Notes: generated by a model not told the origin, from the sequence alone. 64,000 nucleotides of DNA from an uncultured bacterium (GCA_963819815.1 CAWFXL010000001.1:800001-864000); one strand, 5' to 3'. Numbered from the stretch's first letter, positions 22,536 to 33,615 are shown. Translations and numbers: made by a program.

Positions 22536-24224
22536 TCATTGGCAAGGTGTATCAAATCCATCTATTTTGAGATATTTTTCTAAATGCTTGTAATAGAACG
22601 CACAATCTTCCCCAAAAAAAGCTTCATCTCCAAATACATCGTTAGGCTTCCTTACTGGATATTGTTTGCTTTCTTGAGCCACCCTATCCATAAGACTTGA
22701 ACAGACAATTGGTATGACCTCATTGCCGAGAAATGGCCGAATGTAATTCTCAAGTTTTGAAATGAGTAAAGAGCGCTGTATTTCATCTTTTACCATACAA
22801 CTAATGCTTTGCTCCCACAAGGGAAGAAGTTTGCCGCCGTTACGTTTGTAGAGATAGATCACTTCAAGAGCTTTTTTTAAGGCCTTTGTCCATTGAGGAG
22901 CAACAACTCGGCCTTGCTTATTTCTTTGCTCAGCAGCTGCAAATAAGAGTACCTCATAGATACAATAAGCTGGCAGATTAAGGTGCATACCTAAGATATG
23001 CACAAGTTGTGCAACCATTTGAAGAGCAATTCTCGCCTCGCGCTTGGTCGGCGTGTATCTTCGTGTACATGCCTGGAGAAGCATTTCATAATAGTGGTGC
23101 TTATCAAATTCCTTATATCTAGGCCATATGTGGACAGGAGAATTTACCGGAAAGATACCCATATTAAAAGAATTGGACACAGTGGATCCAGCTCGTTCTG
23201 GAAAACTTCCATCCATCGAAGCCCCTGATTCAAGAAGTCGCTGCCCTGCACGAAGTGATCCCTTGCTACAAGCGACCAGCCAGGGGGTTAATCCGTGCCA
23301 ATTTCTTTGCTCTTTCGGTGCGCCTCCCTCAAGTAAGAGTTGTACCATGCAAGCCCTATCAAGCTCTACGGCAAGGTGAAGTGGCTGCATAGAATCTTTA
23401 TCAACAGAATCAACGGGTGCTCCCGCACGTAAAAGAGCTCTGAAAAGATTTTCATTATCCTCTTTGATTGCAAAACGTAAGAGTCTATCAAGGTGCTTTT
23501 TTTTTCTGAGAATATCTACATCGGTACTCGTACTATCCTCTGAATCTGCACAAACTAACGTGAGATGTTGGGCAATCGAACGCAATGAATCTGCAGATAG
23601 AAAAACCAGATGCGCATGAGTAATCGTTTCTGCTCCAGCAGCTCGTAATTCTTGCTGTAGAACATCATCATCAGATGAAAAGCAACTGAGTACAATGTTC
23701 AGCGAAAGCTGCACCTCTAATCGTCCTAGAATTCGTTGATATGACTGATTGGTAAAGTAAGTATCTATCTGAGCAGTGTCATAAATTTTTTGAATACACT
23801 TGGTAAGTTGAAAAAGGCTCCTGATATTTCTCTGAAAGAACGGTACCATAAGATAGTGCTTTTCCAGATTTGGATGTAGTGCTCGATACACCACATCTGG
23901 ATTTTTCAAGTGAAATGTTTGGTTAGCCTGCAGAATATTGTTTTGAAGTTCGTCAAGAAATAAATATAGGCATTCAATATGCCCATGTATTGCAGCCCAT
24001 TCAAAGGGTGAGTAACCAAACTGATCATGCACTGAAAGTAACGCGCCCCTTTTAAGAAGCTCTCTTGCAAGAGAAGCATCACCCACTTTTGCTGCACCGA
24101 TCAGTCGCTGATTCAGCTCATCTTGTAGTTCTTTTGTTTGTGCAGCCTCAGCCTGTACCACCATGGCACAAAGGCTACCTGAGATAAGGAGCAGGCCAAT
24201 CAGCCCCAGTAAGCGTTCTTTCAT
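22536..24224 (-). CDS. Secreted ankyrin-repeat protein, array copy 4
   Basis: Signal peptide, PLHLA/WAAIHGH ankyrin repeats, conserved C-terminal domain. Confidence 0.9.
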   Translation of the reverse strand: MKERLLGLIGLLLISGSLCAMVVQAEAAQTKELQDELNQRLIGAAKVGDASLARELLKRGALLSVHDQFGYSPFEWAAIHGHIECLYLFLDELQNNILQANQTFHLKNPDVVYRALHPNLEKHYLMVPFFQRNIRSLFQLTKCIQKIYDTAQIDTYFTNQSYQRILGRLEVQLSLNIVLSCFSSDDDVLQQELRAAGAETITHAHLVFLSADSLRSIAQHLTLVCADSEDSTSTDVDILRKKKHLDRLLRFAIKEDNENLFRALLRAGAPVDSVDKDSMQPLHLAVELDRACMVQLLLEGGAPKEQRNWHGLTPWLVACSKGSLRAGQRLLESGASMDGSFPERAGSTVSNSFNMGIFPVNSPVHIWPRYKEFDKHHYYEMLLQACTRRYTPTKREARIALQMVAQLVHILGMHLNLPAYCIYEVLLFAAAEQRNKQGRVVAPQWTKALKKALEVIYLYKRNGGKLLPLWEQSISCMVKDEIQRSLLISKLENYIRPFLGNEVIPIVCSSLMDRVAQESKQYPVRKPNDVFGDEAFFGEDCAFYYKHLEKYLKIDGFDTPCQ

Positions 24225-24273
24225 GGAATTTTCCTTGTAACGTCAATCATTATACCCTCTAACCATCCTCAAC

Positions 24274-25884
24274 TCATAAATCATCTAGTCCATCTATATG
24301 CAGATACCCTGCTAAATGCTTGCAATAAAGCTCATGATCCTGGCCAACTGGTAAAGATTCGCTATCGTCAGCAAATTTCCGCATAAGGCTCAAACAGACA
24401 ATGTTTTTGACATCATTGCCCAAATAGGGCTGCATAAAGTTCACCAGTTTAGCAATGATAAGAGCTTGCTTTTGTGGATCTTTGACGAGACACCTCATGG
24501 TTTGTTCCCATAGGGGAAACAGCTTATTGCCGTTACATTTGTAGAGATAGATTACTTCAAGATCTCTTTTAAATGCCTTCGTCCATTCTGGTGCAACCTC
24601 TTGCCCCTGCGCATCATGTTGTTCTGCAGTTACAAATAAAAGTATCTCATAGATAACATAAGCTGGAAGATTACAGCGCATACCCAAAATATCTATAAGA
24701 CATGCGACATTTTGAAGTGAACGTTTCGCCTCTTTTTTCGTGGGCATATATCTTCGTTTACTTCCCTGGAGAAGCATTTTACAATAAAGCTGTCGATCGG
24801 GTGTACTAAAATCGAGGTACGGCCTTCGAAGGTTGCCCCTATCACCTGAACGAATGCGAGCCCCTGATTCGTAAAGTATTTTTGCTACATCAAATGATCT
24901 ACATGCACAGGCAATTTCAAAAGCGGATCTTTTAGTGGAATCTTTGTCTTCAATCCGTGCTTTTGCATCAAGTAACAATTTTGCCATGCGTGCATTATTA
25001 TTGTGTGCTACATGATGAAGAGGTGTTTTAGAAGAATCGTCAGTATCATTAATATTTGCACCCACCTCTATAAGAGCTCTCAAAAGTTCTTCGTTCTCAA
25101 GCTGAGTAGCAAAATGCACAAGAGAGTTAATATGGATCTGCATAAGATCCTCGGTATTATTTACCTCATCAAAATCATCATCAAGCCTTTCTGCTTGCAT
25201 TAAAACTCGATAAAGGAATGGATAAAGGAATGGGTCTGTCGTACGTAGTTCAGGGAGGCGTTCAAGAAGAGGAGTATCATCAGTATGCTGCGCTCCCGCT
25301 GATACTAACGCTTGCTGTAGAGCAGGCTTATTATTAGAACAGGAAAGCACAAAGTTAAGTGAAAACTGTACTTTTAATCCCGTAAGTATCCGTTCAAGCC
25401 AAGGTATTAAGGGATCGTAATAGTCAAGGTCTTCTTCCATCCATTGACGAATCTTTCTAATACGCTCCACAAGCTCATCAAGACTTCTTTCATCCCTTTG
25501 AAATAAATCTATAATCCACCACCTATTATTTTTCCAGCGCACATTCAACCTTCCAAGAAGTGCATAGTTTCCGGAATGCGTTTGTCTAGCCAGTGGAGTA
25601 TTGCTTTCAAGTTCATCAAGCATAACACCTATGCATTCAGTATGCCCACGTATTGCGGCCCAATCAACGGCTGTAAGACAATAATCTTCCCCAACAATTA
25701 AAGCGCCCCTTTTAAGGAGCCCTTTAATAAGAGATACATTACCCACTTTTGCTGCACTGACCAGTTGCTGATTCAGCTCATTTTGTGCTACTTGTGTTTG
25801 TTGAGCTTCACTCTGTGCGTTCATAGCGCAAAGACTACCTGAGATAAGGAGCAGGCCAATCAGCCCCAATATACGTTCTTTCAT
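24274..25884 (-). CDS. Secreted ankyrin-repeat protein, array copy 3
   Basis: Same architecture, TPLHHVA. Confidence 0.9.
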   Translation of the reverse strand: MKERILGLIGLLLISGSLCAMNAQSEAQQTQVAQNELNQQLVSAAKVGNVSLIKGLLKRGALIVGEDYCLTAVDWAAIRGHTECIGVMLDELESNTPLARQTHSGNYALLGRLNVRWKNNRWWIIDLFQRDERSLDELVERIRKIRQWMEEDLDYYDPLIPWLERILTGLKVQFSLNFVLSCSNNKPALQQALVSAGAQHTDDTPLLERLPELRTTDPFLYPFLYRVLMQAERLDDDFDEVNNTEDLMQIHINSLVHFATQLENEELLRALIEVGANINDTDDSSKTPLHHVAHNNNARMAKLLLDAKARIEDKDSTKRSAFEIACACRSFDVAKILYESGARIRSGDRGNLRRPYLDFSTPDRQLYCKMLLQGSKRRYMPTKKEAKRSLQNVACLIDILGMRCNLPAYVIYEILLFVTAEQHDAQGQEVAPEWTKAFKRDLEVIYLYKCNGNKLFPLWEQTMRCLVKDPQKQALIIAKLVNFMQPYLGNDVKNIVCLSLMRKFADDSESLPVGQDHELYCKHLAGYLHIDGLDDL

Positions 25885-25920
25885 ATTTTCCCATCATATC
25901 TTTATTGGGAAGGTGCTCAC

Positions 25921-27532
25921 CTAACCATTACTATTAATTCCTTCAATGCGCAGGTAGTCGCGCAAATGATTAAAATAAATCGGGTTAGGCTTATTGTCTT
26001 CACCAAAAAGCTCCCCTTCATAATTGAGCCGGTAATAATTTCCATGCATCGTACTTCTTCGTCCACCACCTTCATCAGAAACCTTTCTCATAAGACTCTG
26101 ACAGACAATACCTTTGACTTCATTCCCCATAAAAGGCTCTATATATGCACCAAACTTTGCCATGAGCTCATTCCGTTCCACAGGGTCTTTTGTTAAGCAG
26201 TTAATGATTTTTCTCCACAGCGGAAGAAGATCATTACCATTACATCTATAGCGATAGATAAGATCAAGATCTTTTTTTAATGACAGAGTCCAGTCAACTT
26301 GTTGTTTGTTAGCATTTTCTTGTTCGCCCGCTGCAGATAAAATGATTTCATAGACGATATAAAACGGCAATCGCAGCCGAACCGCAAAGATATACAGTAA
26401 GGTTGCTATGTTTTGTAGGGCCTTTTTCGCTTCTTTCCTTGCATCTTTCCATGTAGGTGCATATCTTCTGACACTTGCCCGTAGAAGCATTTTAAAATAG
26501 GAGTCTTTTTCTGGGGGATCTACATAATATTCTCGATCCATTGTAGCACCTAATTCTAGAAGAAATTGTGCAGTGTCCCATGCTCGGTTACCAAGCGCAC
26601 TTCGAAAAGGGGTTGTTGAATGGCCGCTTTTACTTTCGATAGATGCACCTGCAGCAATTAATAATTTTGCGACAGGCACATTATTCTTCCTCGCTGCAAC
26701 GTGAAGCGCCGTCCTCTTCGATTCATCAGCAGCGTTAGGATTTGCTCCTGCTGCTAAAAGAGCTTTCACAAGATCCTCATTTCCATCAGGTAGCATAACG
26801 AGAAGCTTATCAATATGCTCCTTTACTCGAGCTGCACTTATATTATAGCGGCCATAATCTACTACGCATTCAGGGGCAATAGAATAAAGTGCTTCATGAT
26901 GCCAAATATGCTTAGCACCTGCTGATCGCAATGCCTTGGATAAGGATTCTGATGCAAACCAACTCAGAACAGTGTCTAGAGCAAGCTGCACTTTAGATCT
27001 CCGTGCAATGTCCACCGAGTATATGTAGTAGTTAGGCAAACATAAATTGAAATGTTTATATGTTTTCTCTAGATGTTCACGGATATTCTGTATGCGCCGA
27101 GTTAAGGCGTAATAGTCACGCCCATTTCTTTTAAAGAGAGGTACAACAACATCCCGTTTCTTTTTCAGCTCTTTTAGGTCTAAATATCTTCTATCAAGAG
27201 AATCATCTTTTGGCACAACCCCTGGGTGCGGTTGGTGGAGTGTTATTTTCAAGTTCATCAAGAAATATATTTACACAGTCAATATGCCCATGTATTGCTG
27301 CCCATTCAAAGGCCGTATACCCTAATCGATCTTGTTCTGCTAGTAAAGCACCCTGAGCAAGAAGAGTTTTTATGCGTTCAGTTTCACCAGCTTTTGCAGC
27401 ACTGAAGAGCTGTTGTTGCACATTCTCTACTACTGCAGGAAATGCAACTTCTTTTGTTCGTTCTTGGTTCATAGCACAAAGGCTACTTGAGACGAGGAGC
27501 AGGCCAATCAGGCCCAGTATACGTTCTTTCAT
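25921..27532 (-). pseudogene. Secreted ankyrin-repeat protein, array copy 2, split by a frameshift near 27215-27240
   Basis: N-part 27203..27532 and C-part 25921..27261 together give the full paralog architecture. Confidence 0.8.
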
Positions 27533-27593
27533 CTTTTCCTTTAATATCTTTATTGGCTAGACAAGCTGCTTTATCGGTTAGCTAATCATTTTC

Positions 27594-29210
27594 TCACAGA
27601 TTTACTAATCCATCTATGCCCAAATATCCTGCTAAATGCTTACGATAAAGCTCAGTGTCCTCGCGATAAATTTCTTGACCAACATATAGTACGCTTTCTT
27701 CGGCAACTTTCTGCATAAGGCCCGAGATAACAATCGATATAACTTCATTACCGAGAAAGGGTTGCATAAAACTCTCTAATTTTGAAATGAGAAGAGCCTG
27801 CTGTTGTGGCTCTTTTACTATGCACCTAACCGTTTGCTCCCACAAAGGAAACAGCCTATTGCCATTACATTTGTAGAGATAAAGTATTGCAAGATCTCTT
27901 TTTAATTTCTGAGTCCATTCAGGGGCAATCTTCTGTCCCAGCTCACCACGCTTCTCTGCAGTTGCAAATAAAAGTACTTCATAGATAACATAAGGCGGCA
28001 AACTAAGCTGTATGCCTAACTGATACACAAGGCTTACAATATTTTGAAAAGCAATTTTTGCATCGCGCATTGTAGGCGCATATCTTCGTTTACTGCCCTC
28101 ATGAAGCATTTTAAAATAGAGCTGCCTTTCAGGATCAGTCATAAGCAAATATGGCAGTGATTCGATATGCCGAGGACGTATTTGAGCGCCCGATTCAAAA
28201 AGAAGCCGCACAACTTCAAATGATCTATGAGCACAGGCAATAGCAAAAGGAGTTCTCCGCTCTGGATCTTCACATTCTTTCATTGCTCCTGCAGCAAGTA
28301 ACATTTTTGCCATGTCCGCATTGTTTTTACGAGCTACATGATGAAGAGGCATCTTAAAAGAATCATCAGGATTATTAACACTTGCACCTACATCTATAAG
28401 TGCTTTCAAAAGCTCTTTGTTATCCTGTTGAATAGCAACATGCACAAGCTCGTCGATATGCATATGCATGAGATCTTCGATACTATTTACCTCATCAAAA
28501 TCATCATCATCATTCGTGTCTGATTGCACTAAAGCTCTATAGAGGCTCAGTGCTGTTGCACGTAGTGCGGGAAAGCACCCAAGAGGAGTATCATCAATAT
28601 GCTGTGCTCCAGCTGATACTAACGCTTGCTGCAGAGCAGGTTTGTCTTCAGAACAAGCGAGTACAAAGTTAAGTGAAAACTGCACTTTTAACCCGGTAAG
28701 TATTCGTCTCAATGTGGGTAGTACTAAATAACCTTCATGTGTTGCTTCTTGATGCTTTTGCACCAGCTCACTAATCGCGTATATACGCTCCGCAAGCTGA
28801 GCGAGGCTTCTTACATCCCTTTGAAAGAGAGGCACAAAAATAGCACGTGCTGATCGTACAAGCTGTAGGTCCATATAATGTTCATACATGTGGCCTGTCA
28901 AAAGGCGCCTCAGGGAATGGGAATTCGCTTCAAATGCATCAAGAATAATATTTACACAATCAATATGCCCACGTATTGCCGCCCAATCAAACGCCGTATA
29001 ACCTAACTGATCTTTGCCAAGTTTTAAATCCCCCCTTTTAAGAAGCTCTTTTACAAAAGCGGCATCACCCACTTTTGCTGCACTGATCAATTGCTGAATC
29101 AGTTCATTTTGTGCTACTTGTGTTTGTTTAAGTTCAGCCTGTTCTGTCATAGCACAAAGGCTACTTGAGATAAAGAGTAGGCCAATCAGCCCAAGTATAC
29201 GCTTTTTCAT
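27594..29210 (-). CDS. Secreted ankyrin-repeat protein, array copy 1
   Basis: Same architecture. Confidence 0.9.
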   Translation of the reverse strand: MKKRILGLIGLLFISSSLCAMTEQAELKQTQVAQNELIQQLISAAKVGDAAFVKELLKRGDLKLGKDQLGYTAFDWAAIRGHIDCVNIILDAFEANSHSLRRLLTGHMYEHYMDLQLVRSARAIFVPLFQRDVRSLAQLAERIYAISELVQKHQEATHEGYLVLPTLRRILTGLKVQFSLNFVLACSEDKPALQQALVSAGAQHIDDTPLGCFPALRATALSLYRALVQSDTNDDDDFDEVNSIEDLMHMHIDELVHVAIQQDNKELLKALIDVGASVNNPDDSFKMPLHHVARKNNADMAKMLLAAGAMKECEDPERRTPFAIACAHRSFEVVRLLFESGAQIRPRHIESLPYLLMTDPERQLYFKMLHEGSKRRYAPTMRDAKIAFQNIVSLVYQLGIQLSLPPYVIYEVLLFATAEKRGELGQKIAPEWTQKLKRDLAILYLYKCNGNRLFPLWEQTVRCIVKEPQQQALLISKLESFMQPFLGNEVISIVISGLMQKVAEESVLYVGQEIYREDTELYRKHLAGYLGIDGLVNL

Positions 29211-29265
29211 GAGCTTTTTCCTTTAGCGATATGAATTCTTATAGTATAACTTTAACTTTATTCTT

Positions 29266-29293
29266 ATTGTAATAATTATGCCATTATTGTCAA
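29266..29293 (-). promoter_or_regulatory. Promoter of the ankyrin array
   Basis: TTGACA-N16-TACAAT followed by AAGAAT, as in the rRNA promoters. Confidence 0.75.
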
Positions 29294-29564
29294 TATCTAA
29301 TTTCACATTTGTCGTACGATGCCGACAAAAATCCAATAGTGCCGTCTCAGCAGACATGACCTCTCTAAAGGCTTTCTCACCTATTGGAAACCCAAATGGA
29401 CGTCATGGCAGTTTAAAATAGCGGGCATCTCACTAAGATTGCGTTCTGATAAAAGAAAGGATGTCGCTCCCTCCTGCAACCAGCATGTTTTGGGGGGAGT
29501 CTTAAACGATTGTCTTGCTGCGACTCATTCAGTCTTTTATCAGCCATAAGCACATTGCCGCAGT

Positions 29565-30143
29565 CTAGGCAAGTTCCTTTCTGACGATCGCTTCAAGCTT
29601 CTGGGCTGCATCATCTAGAAGGTCGTTTATGATAATGTATTTAAACAAGCCCTCTTCTAAACAGGCCAACTCATCCTCGGCAAGCCCTAACCGAAAAGCA
29701 ATAGCTGAGGCACTATCCTCAGCCCTTTGCATAAGTCGCTGCTCAAGAACTTGTTGGTCGGGAGGTCTAATGCCTATCAGAATGGCATGTTCAGAATAAG
29801 CTTTAATAGCAGTTGCGCCAGCAACATCAACAATACCCATATAACTTTTCCCTTCAGATAGGAACGTAAATACTTCTTTAGGAAAACCATAATAGGAGCC
29901 ATATGCGGTGCTATGCTCGATAAAAAAACCTTCACCTATACGCTGCTTAAAAGCTTCTTCCTCAAGAAAATGATACTCAATCCCATTCCTCTCACCTTTA
30001 CGAGGTTGCTTCGTTGTATAGGTAATGACTCTCTGGAGCTGATACTCAGGAGAGAGTCGTGCGATAACGTGCTGCACTAACGTTGTTTTACCAGCCCCTG
30101 ATGGAGCGGTCACCACAAAAAGTTTACCCTGTTTTTTTTGCAT
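29565..30143 (-). CDS. gmk: Guanylate kinase
   Basis: APSGAGKTT P-loop, YTT..PRKGE.NG.EYHF, YYG, IINDLL. Confidence 0.95.
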   Translation of the reverse strand: MQKKQGKLFVVTAPSGAGKTTLVQHVIARLSPEYQLQRVITYTTKQPRKGERNGIEYHFLEEEAFKQRIGEGFFIEHSTAYGSYYGFPKEVFTFLSEGKSYMGIVDVAGATAIKAYSEHAILIGIRPPDQQVLEQRLMQRAEDSASAIAFRLGLAEDELACLEEGLFKYIIINDLLDDAAQKLEAIVRKELA

Positions 30144-30303
30144 CGCATCCTCTGCTGAGCTCTGTCATTGCGTACTAAGTATACCACGAAACTGTGCGAG
30201 GTACCAAAACTCTTGACCTAATTGTTTTCAATTTGAAACAATTAACGCATGCCACCTTTATAGAAATTACAAAGAACTGTCCGCTTCCTTCTCAGGAGTC
30301 TCC

Positions 30304-30519
30304 ATGAAAAAGATTCTCTTATGTACACTTACCGCTTTAGCCTGCTCAGCTTCATGCTTTGCTGCCCTTGATTATAAAACTTCAGACATAGACATTGAAG
30401 TGCAAAACAAGGGTAGAAGCCCTAACAGATTTGCTCGTTCAAAAGTTACTGGATCAAACTTGAATTTAAGCGATACTGTTGACCCAGCAGACATTCACGA
30501 GAAATCTCTCCTAGAATAA
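30304..30519 (+). CDS. Small secreted hypothetical protein
   Basis: AGGAG RBS and a signal peptide. Confidence 0.55.
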   Translation: MKKILLCTLTALACSASCFAALDYKTSDIDIEVQNKGRSPNRFARSKVTGSNLNLSDTVDPADIHEKSLLE

Positions 30520-30548
30520 CAGTACAAGGTATCTCACCACGTAAGGTA

Positions 30549-30917
30549 TTACCGAGTAATTTCCTCTTTTTCTACATCATCATTAAAAAAAATAGAAAGT
30601 GAGCGAGTCGCTTCAGATGCAAGCTTATACACTACATACCCTAAAGCAGCCAAGGCAATTACAGAGCAAGCCCTACCTGTAGTAGCATCGTTAGGCGTCC
30701 TTGCCTGCAGAGCATCCATATTTGCCCTCAAGGCTTCGGCATTGGACCATACTCTTTTACCCAAGTGATGAATTGCAGCTACACCGATCAAAGTTGCAAT
30801 CCCTTTTAGTGCCCCAACTCGACCATGAAGAGCTCGTTCATTACAGGTGACCCTGGTCGCAGATAACTCTGCTGTCCCGGTAAGAGCTACAAAAAGAACG
30901 AGCCCAGAACCCTTCAT
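30549..30917 (-). CDS. Small membrane protein, paralog of 30914..31318
   Basis: Signal peptide, VTCNERALHG, two TM-like helices, DDVE. Confidence 0.7.
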   Translation of the reverse strand: MKGSGLVLFVALTGTAELSATRVTCNERALHGRVGALKGIATLIGVAAIHHLGKRVWSNAEALRANMDALQARTPNDATTGRACSVIALAALGYVVYKLASEATRSLSIFFNDDVEKEEITR

Positions 30918-31318
30918 ATATCTTTCCTGTCATGAGGTACAACCATAGACAGCTTCTCTTGGTTAATCTCTTCGATATCATCGTCCAAATATATCTTCAA
31001 CGAATCGTAGCTTGAAGCACCTAACGTCCACGTAACATAGGCTAAAGAGGCCAGTGCGCACAAGGTATACAATGAATTCCAAAGCGCTTCACGCTTTTTA
31101 TCTTCATGAACATGACTATCGGGAATCCTCAATGGCTGCAGCAACTGTTTAAGTTCAGCCACTGTATAGAGTGTGACAGCCGCTCCAACGGCCGCAAGAG
31201 CTCCTTTTGCTAATCCCTTGGGCCCATGGCGCATACGTTCATTGCATGACACCTTGGCAGAGATTGAGTTCCCTATCAGCAATGCCCCGACAACCAGACT
31301 TGTAAGAAACTTGTTCAT
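30914..31318 (-). CDS. Small membrane protein, paralog of 30549..30917
   Basis: Signal peptide, VSCNERMRHG, two TM-like helices, DDIE; ATGA overlap. Confidence 0.7.
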   Translation of the reverse strand: MNKFLTSLVVGALLIGNSISAKVSCNERMRHGPKGLAKGALAAVGAAVTLYTVAELKQLLQPLRIPDSHVHEDKKREALWNSLYTLCALASLAYVTWTLGASSYDSLKIYLDDDIEEINQEKLSMVVPHDRKDI

Positions 31319-31476
31319 ATTCTTCTCTTCCTTTGTATGCCATTACGAGGCTCTACTCTCTACAAAGGTACACATTGTATGCTCCCTAATTCAAGAGATA
31401 ATCAGATTTTAGATCGTGCAAACCTTGCATCCTAACCATTAAAATCTTTAGACTAATCTCAAAAGGAGAGAACATC

Positions 31477-32251
31477 GTGTCACCAAAAGAGCATCTCATA
31501 TGGGATTTAAGCGGTACCCTCTTTATGCCCAGCAAAGAGGGCATGAGCCCAACTGAGCTTGCAGATTACTCATTTCTCTTTCTTATGTGGTCGGGGAAAA
31601 AAGAAGCCACACGCCTTGATATTATCGCCTTTCAAGTCCTTACCCTACTCAACAAACACCTTCAACCTTCTCAGGCAGTCTCATACACCCATACGGGTGC
31701 CATCCTTCCTGAAATTGTCCGTCTCAATCTAGCTGGCATAATGAGCTCTCGGGAAGCATTAACCATAACCTTAGAGTTTTTTAACATCTGGGCTCCACAG
31801 AATCTGTCTGCAAACGATGCACAACAGGTACGCAGAATGCTTGAGATCTTCTTCAATCCTAACTCCCTTGCTCGATGTATGAAACCATTACAGCATGTCG
31901 TAGATCTACTCATGCGTTATGCACAAAAAAATATCCCACACTATATTCTTTCTAACTGGGATAAAGATTCCTTTGGCCCCTTTTACCAAATCTATAAAGA
32001 TTCAGTCCTCTCTTCTTTTCCTCAAGACCATATCGTCATCTCAGCCGATACAGGTTATGTAAAACCCGATCGTAAGATCTACTACCTGGCTTCTCACACA
32101 CAAGCATCTTGACCCTGCATCCTGTCTCTTTTTTGACGATCAACTTGAAAACATTGAAGCCGCTGCATCGGTGGGCATTGAAGGTCTTCATATCCAAAGA
32201 GATCGCTTGGGGCCAGTCAAAGAAGAGTTAGAAAGACGCGGTCTCATCTGA
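31477..32251 (+). pseudogene. HAD hydrolase with a frameshift near 32080
   Basis: WDLSGTL, LSNW and KP in the first frame; missing FFDDQLENIEAA...RRGLI* continues in another frame to TGA 32251. Confidence 0.8.
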
Positions 32252-32452
32252 AGAAAAATACTCACTCTACTTTCAGGAAAGCCTTCAGCCACGTCATATC
32301 ATCTCCTAAAGCAATCTCCTTATGATGCCTTGGGAGCATACATGGTAACTTTTTCACTGCACGGAGGTACCACCACAGGCAAACGATCTTCCTGGTCTAA
32401 GTGAGCATAGTATGCTATACTTATACGTATCATTCATAACTTTGGGTAGTAC

Positions 32453-33538
32453 ATGCTAGTCGATGACCTCCGCGAAAAAATTAAATCCGTTGAACCAGAC
32501 CTTCAGGTCATTAAAACCTTCTGGGAGCAGTCACCTTTTGAAAAGGAATATGATCGCCTACAAAAAGTAACGACTGAAGAGAACTTCTGGCAAAACCCTC
32601 AACAAATAGAGCTTATGAAGGAGCTACAAAAGGTTAAGACTCTGCGTGAGCAGTATATAACCCTCATGCATACAGCCATTGAACTTCCAGAGCTCCTCGA
32701 GTTATTTGCAAATGATGAACAAGAGATTATAAAGATTAAAGATGAGGTGTATAGTTGGGCACGGGGAGTTACTCGATTTAAGATTAACCTCCTTCTTCAA
32801 GATGAAGTGGATGCCCACAACTGCTTTTTCAGCATCAACTCAGGCGCGGGAGGAACCGAATCGCAAGACTGGGCCGAGATTCTTCTTCGTATGTACATAA
32901 GATTCTGTGAGCGAGAGAGCTTTCAGGTAGCTATTACCGATTACCAGGCAGGAGAAACTGCCGGTATAAAGTCCGCGACACTGTTTATCAAAGGCAAAAA
33001 TGCCTACGGTTTTCTGAAAGGTGAAGCAGGAGTTCATAGACTCGTACGAATCTCACCCTATGATGCAAGTAAAAGGCGCCATACTTCATTTGCTGCGGTA
33101 ACCGTCGTCCCTGAAATTCCTACTGAACAAATCACTATCGATCCTAAAGATCTGAGAATAGATACCTACCGTGCAGGTGGAGCTGGAGGTCAGCATGTCA
33201 ATAAGACTGACTCAGCAGTACGTATCACCCATCTTCCTACCAATATCGTTGTGCAATGCCAAAGTGAACGTTCGCAACTTCAAAATAAAGAAACTGCAAT
33301 GAAAATGCTTATGGCTAAGCTTGTACAAAAAGAAAAAGATGAACAAAAGGCTCGAGAAGACTCTATTGAAAGAAAAAAAATCGAATGGGGCTCTCAGATA
33401 CGATCTTACATCCTTCACCCCTATAAAATGGTCAAGGACCATCGCACTGATTGGGAGTCTCCTCAACCAGAGTTGGTACTTGATGGCGATCTTATGGAAT
33501 GCATTGAGGTAAACCTCGTTCGCATGCAAACTCAATAG
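32453..33538 (+). CDS. prfB: Peptide chain release factor 2
   Basis: GAGGTESQDW, HRLVRISPY, GGQHVN, WGSQIRSY. Confidence 0.96.
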   Translation: MLVDDLREKIKSVEPDLQVIKTFWEQSPFEKEYDRLQKVTTEENFWQNPQQIELMKELQKVKTLREQYITLMHTAIELPELLELFANDEQEIIKIKDEVYSWARGVTRFKINLLLQDEVDAHNCFFSINSGAGGTESQDWAEILLRMYIRFCERESFQVAITDYQAGETAGIKSATLFIKGKNAYGFLKGEAGVHRLVRISPYDASKRRHTSFAAVTVVPEIPTEQITIDPKDLRIDTYRAGGAGGQHVNKTDSAVRITHLPTNIVVQCQSERSQLQNKETAMKMLMAKLVQKEKDEQKAREDSIERKKIEWGSQIRSYILHPYKMVKDHRTDWESPQPELVLDGDLMECIEVNLVRMQTQ

Positions 33539-33615
33539 CACCCATTTTACATATGATTCGGTTACTGTTAGGCTAATACTATAACTCTTACCCTCTCTAC
33601 AGAAAGGAATAATCT

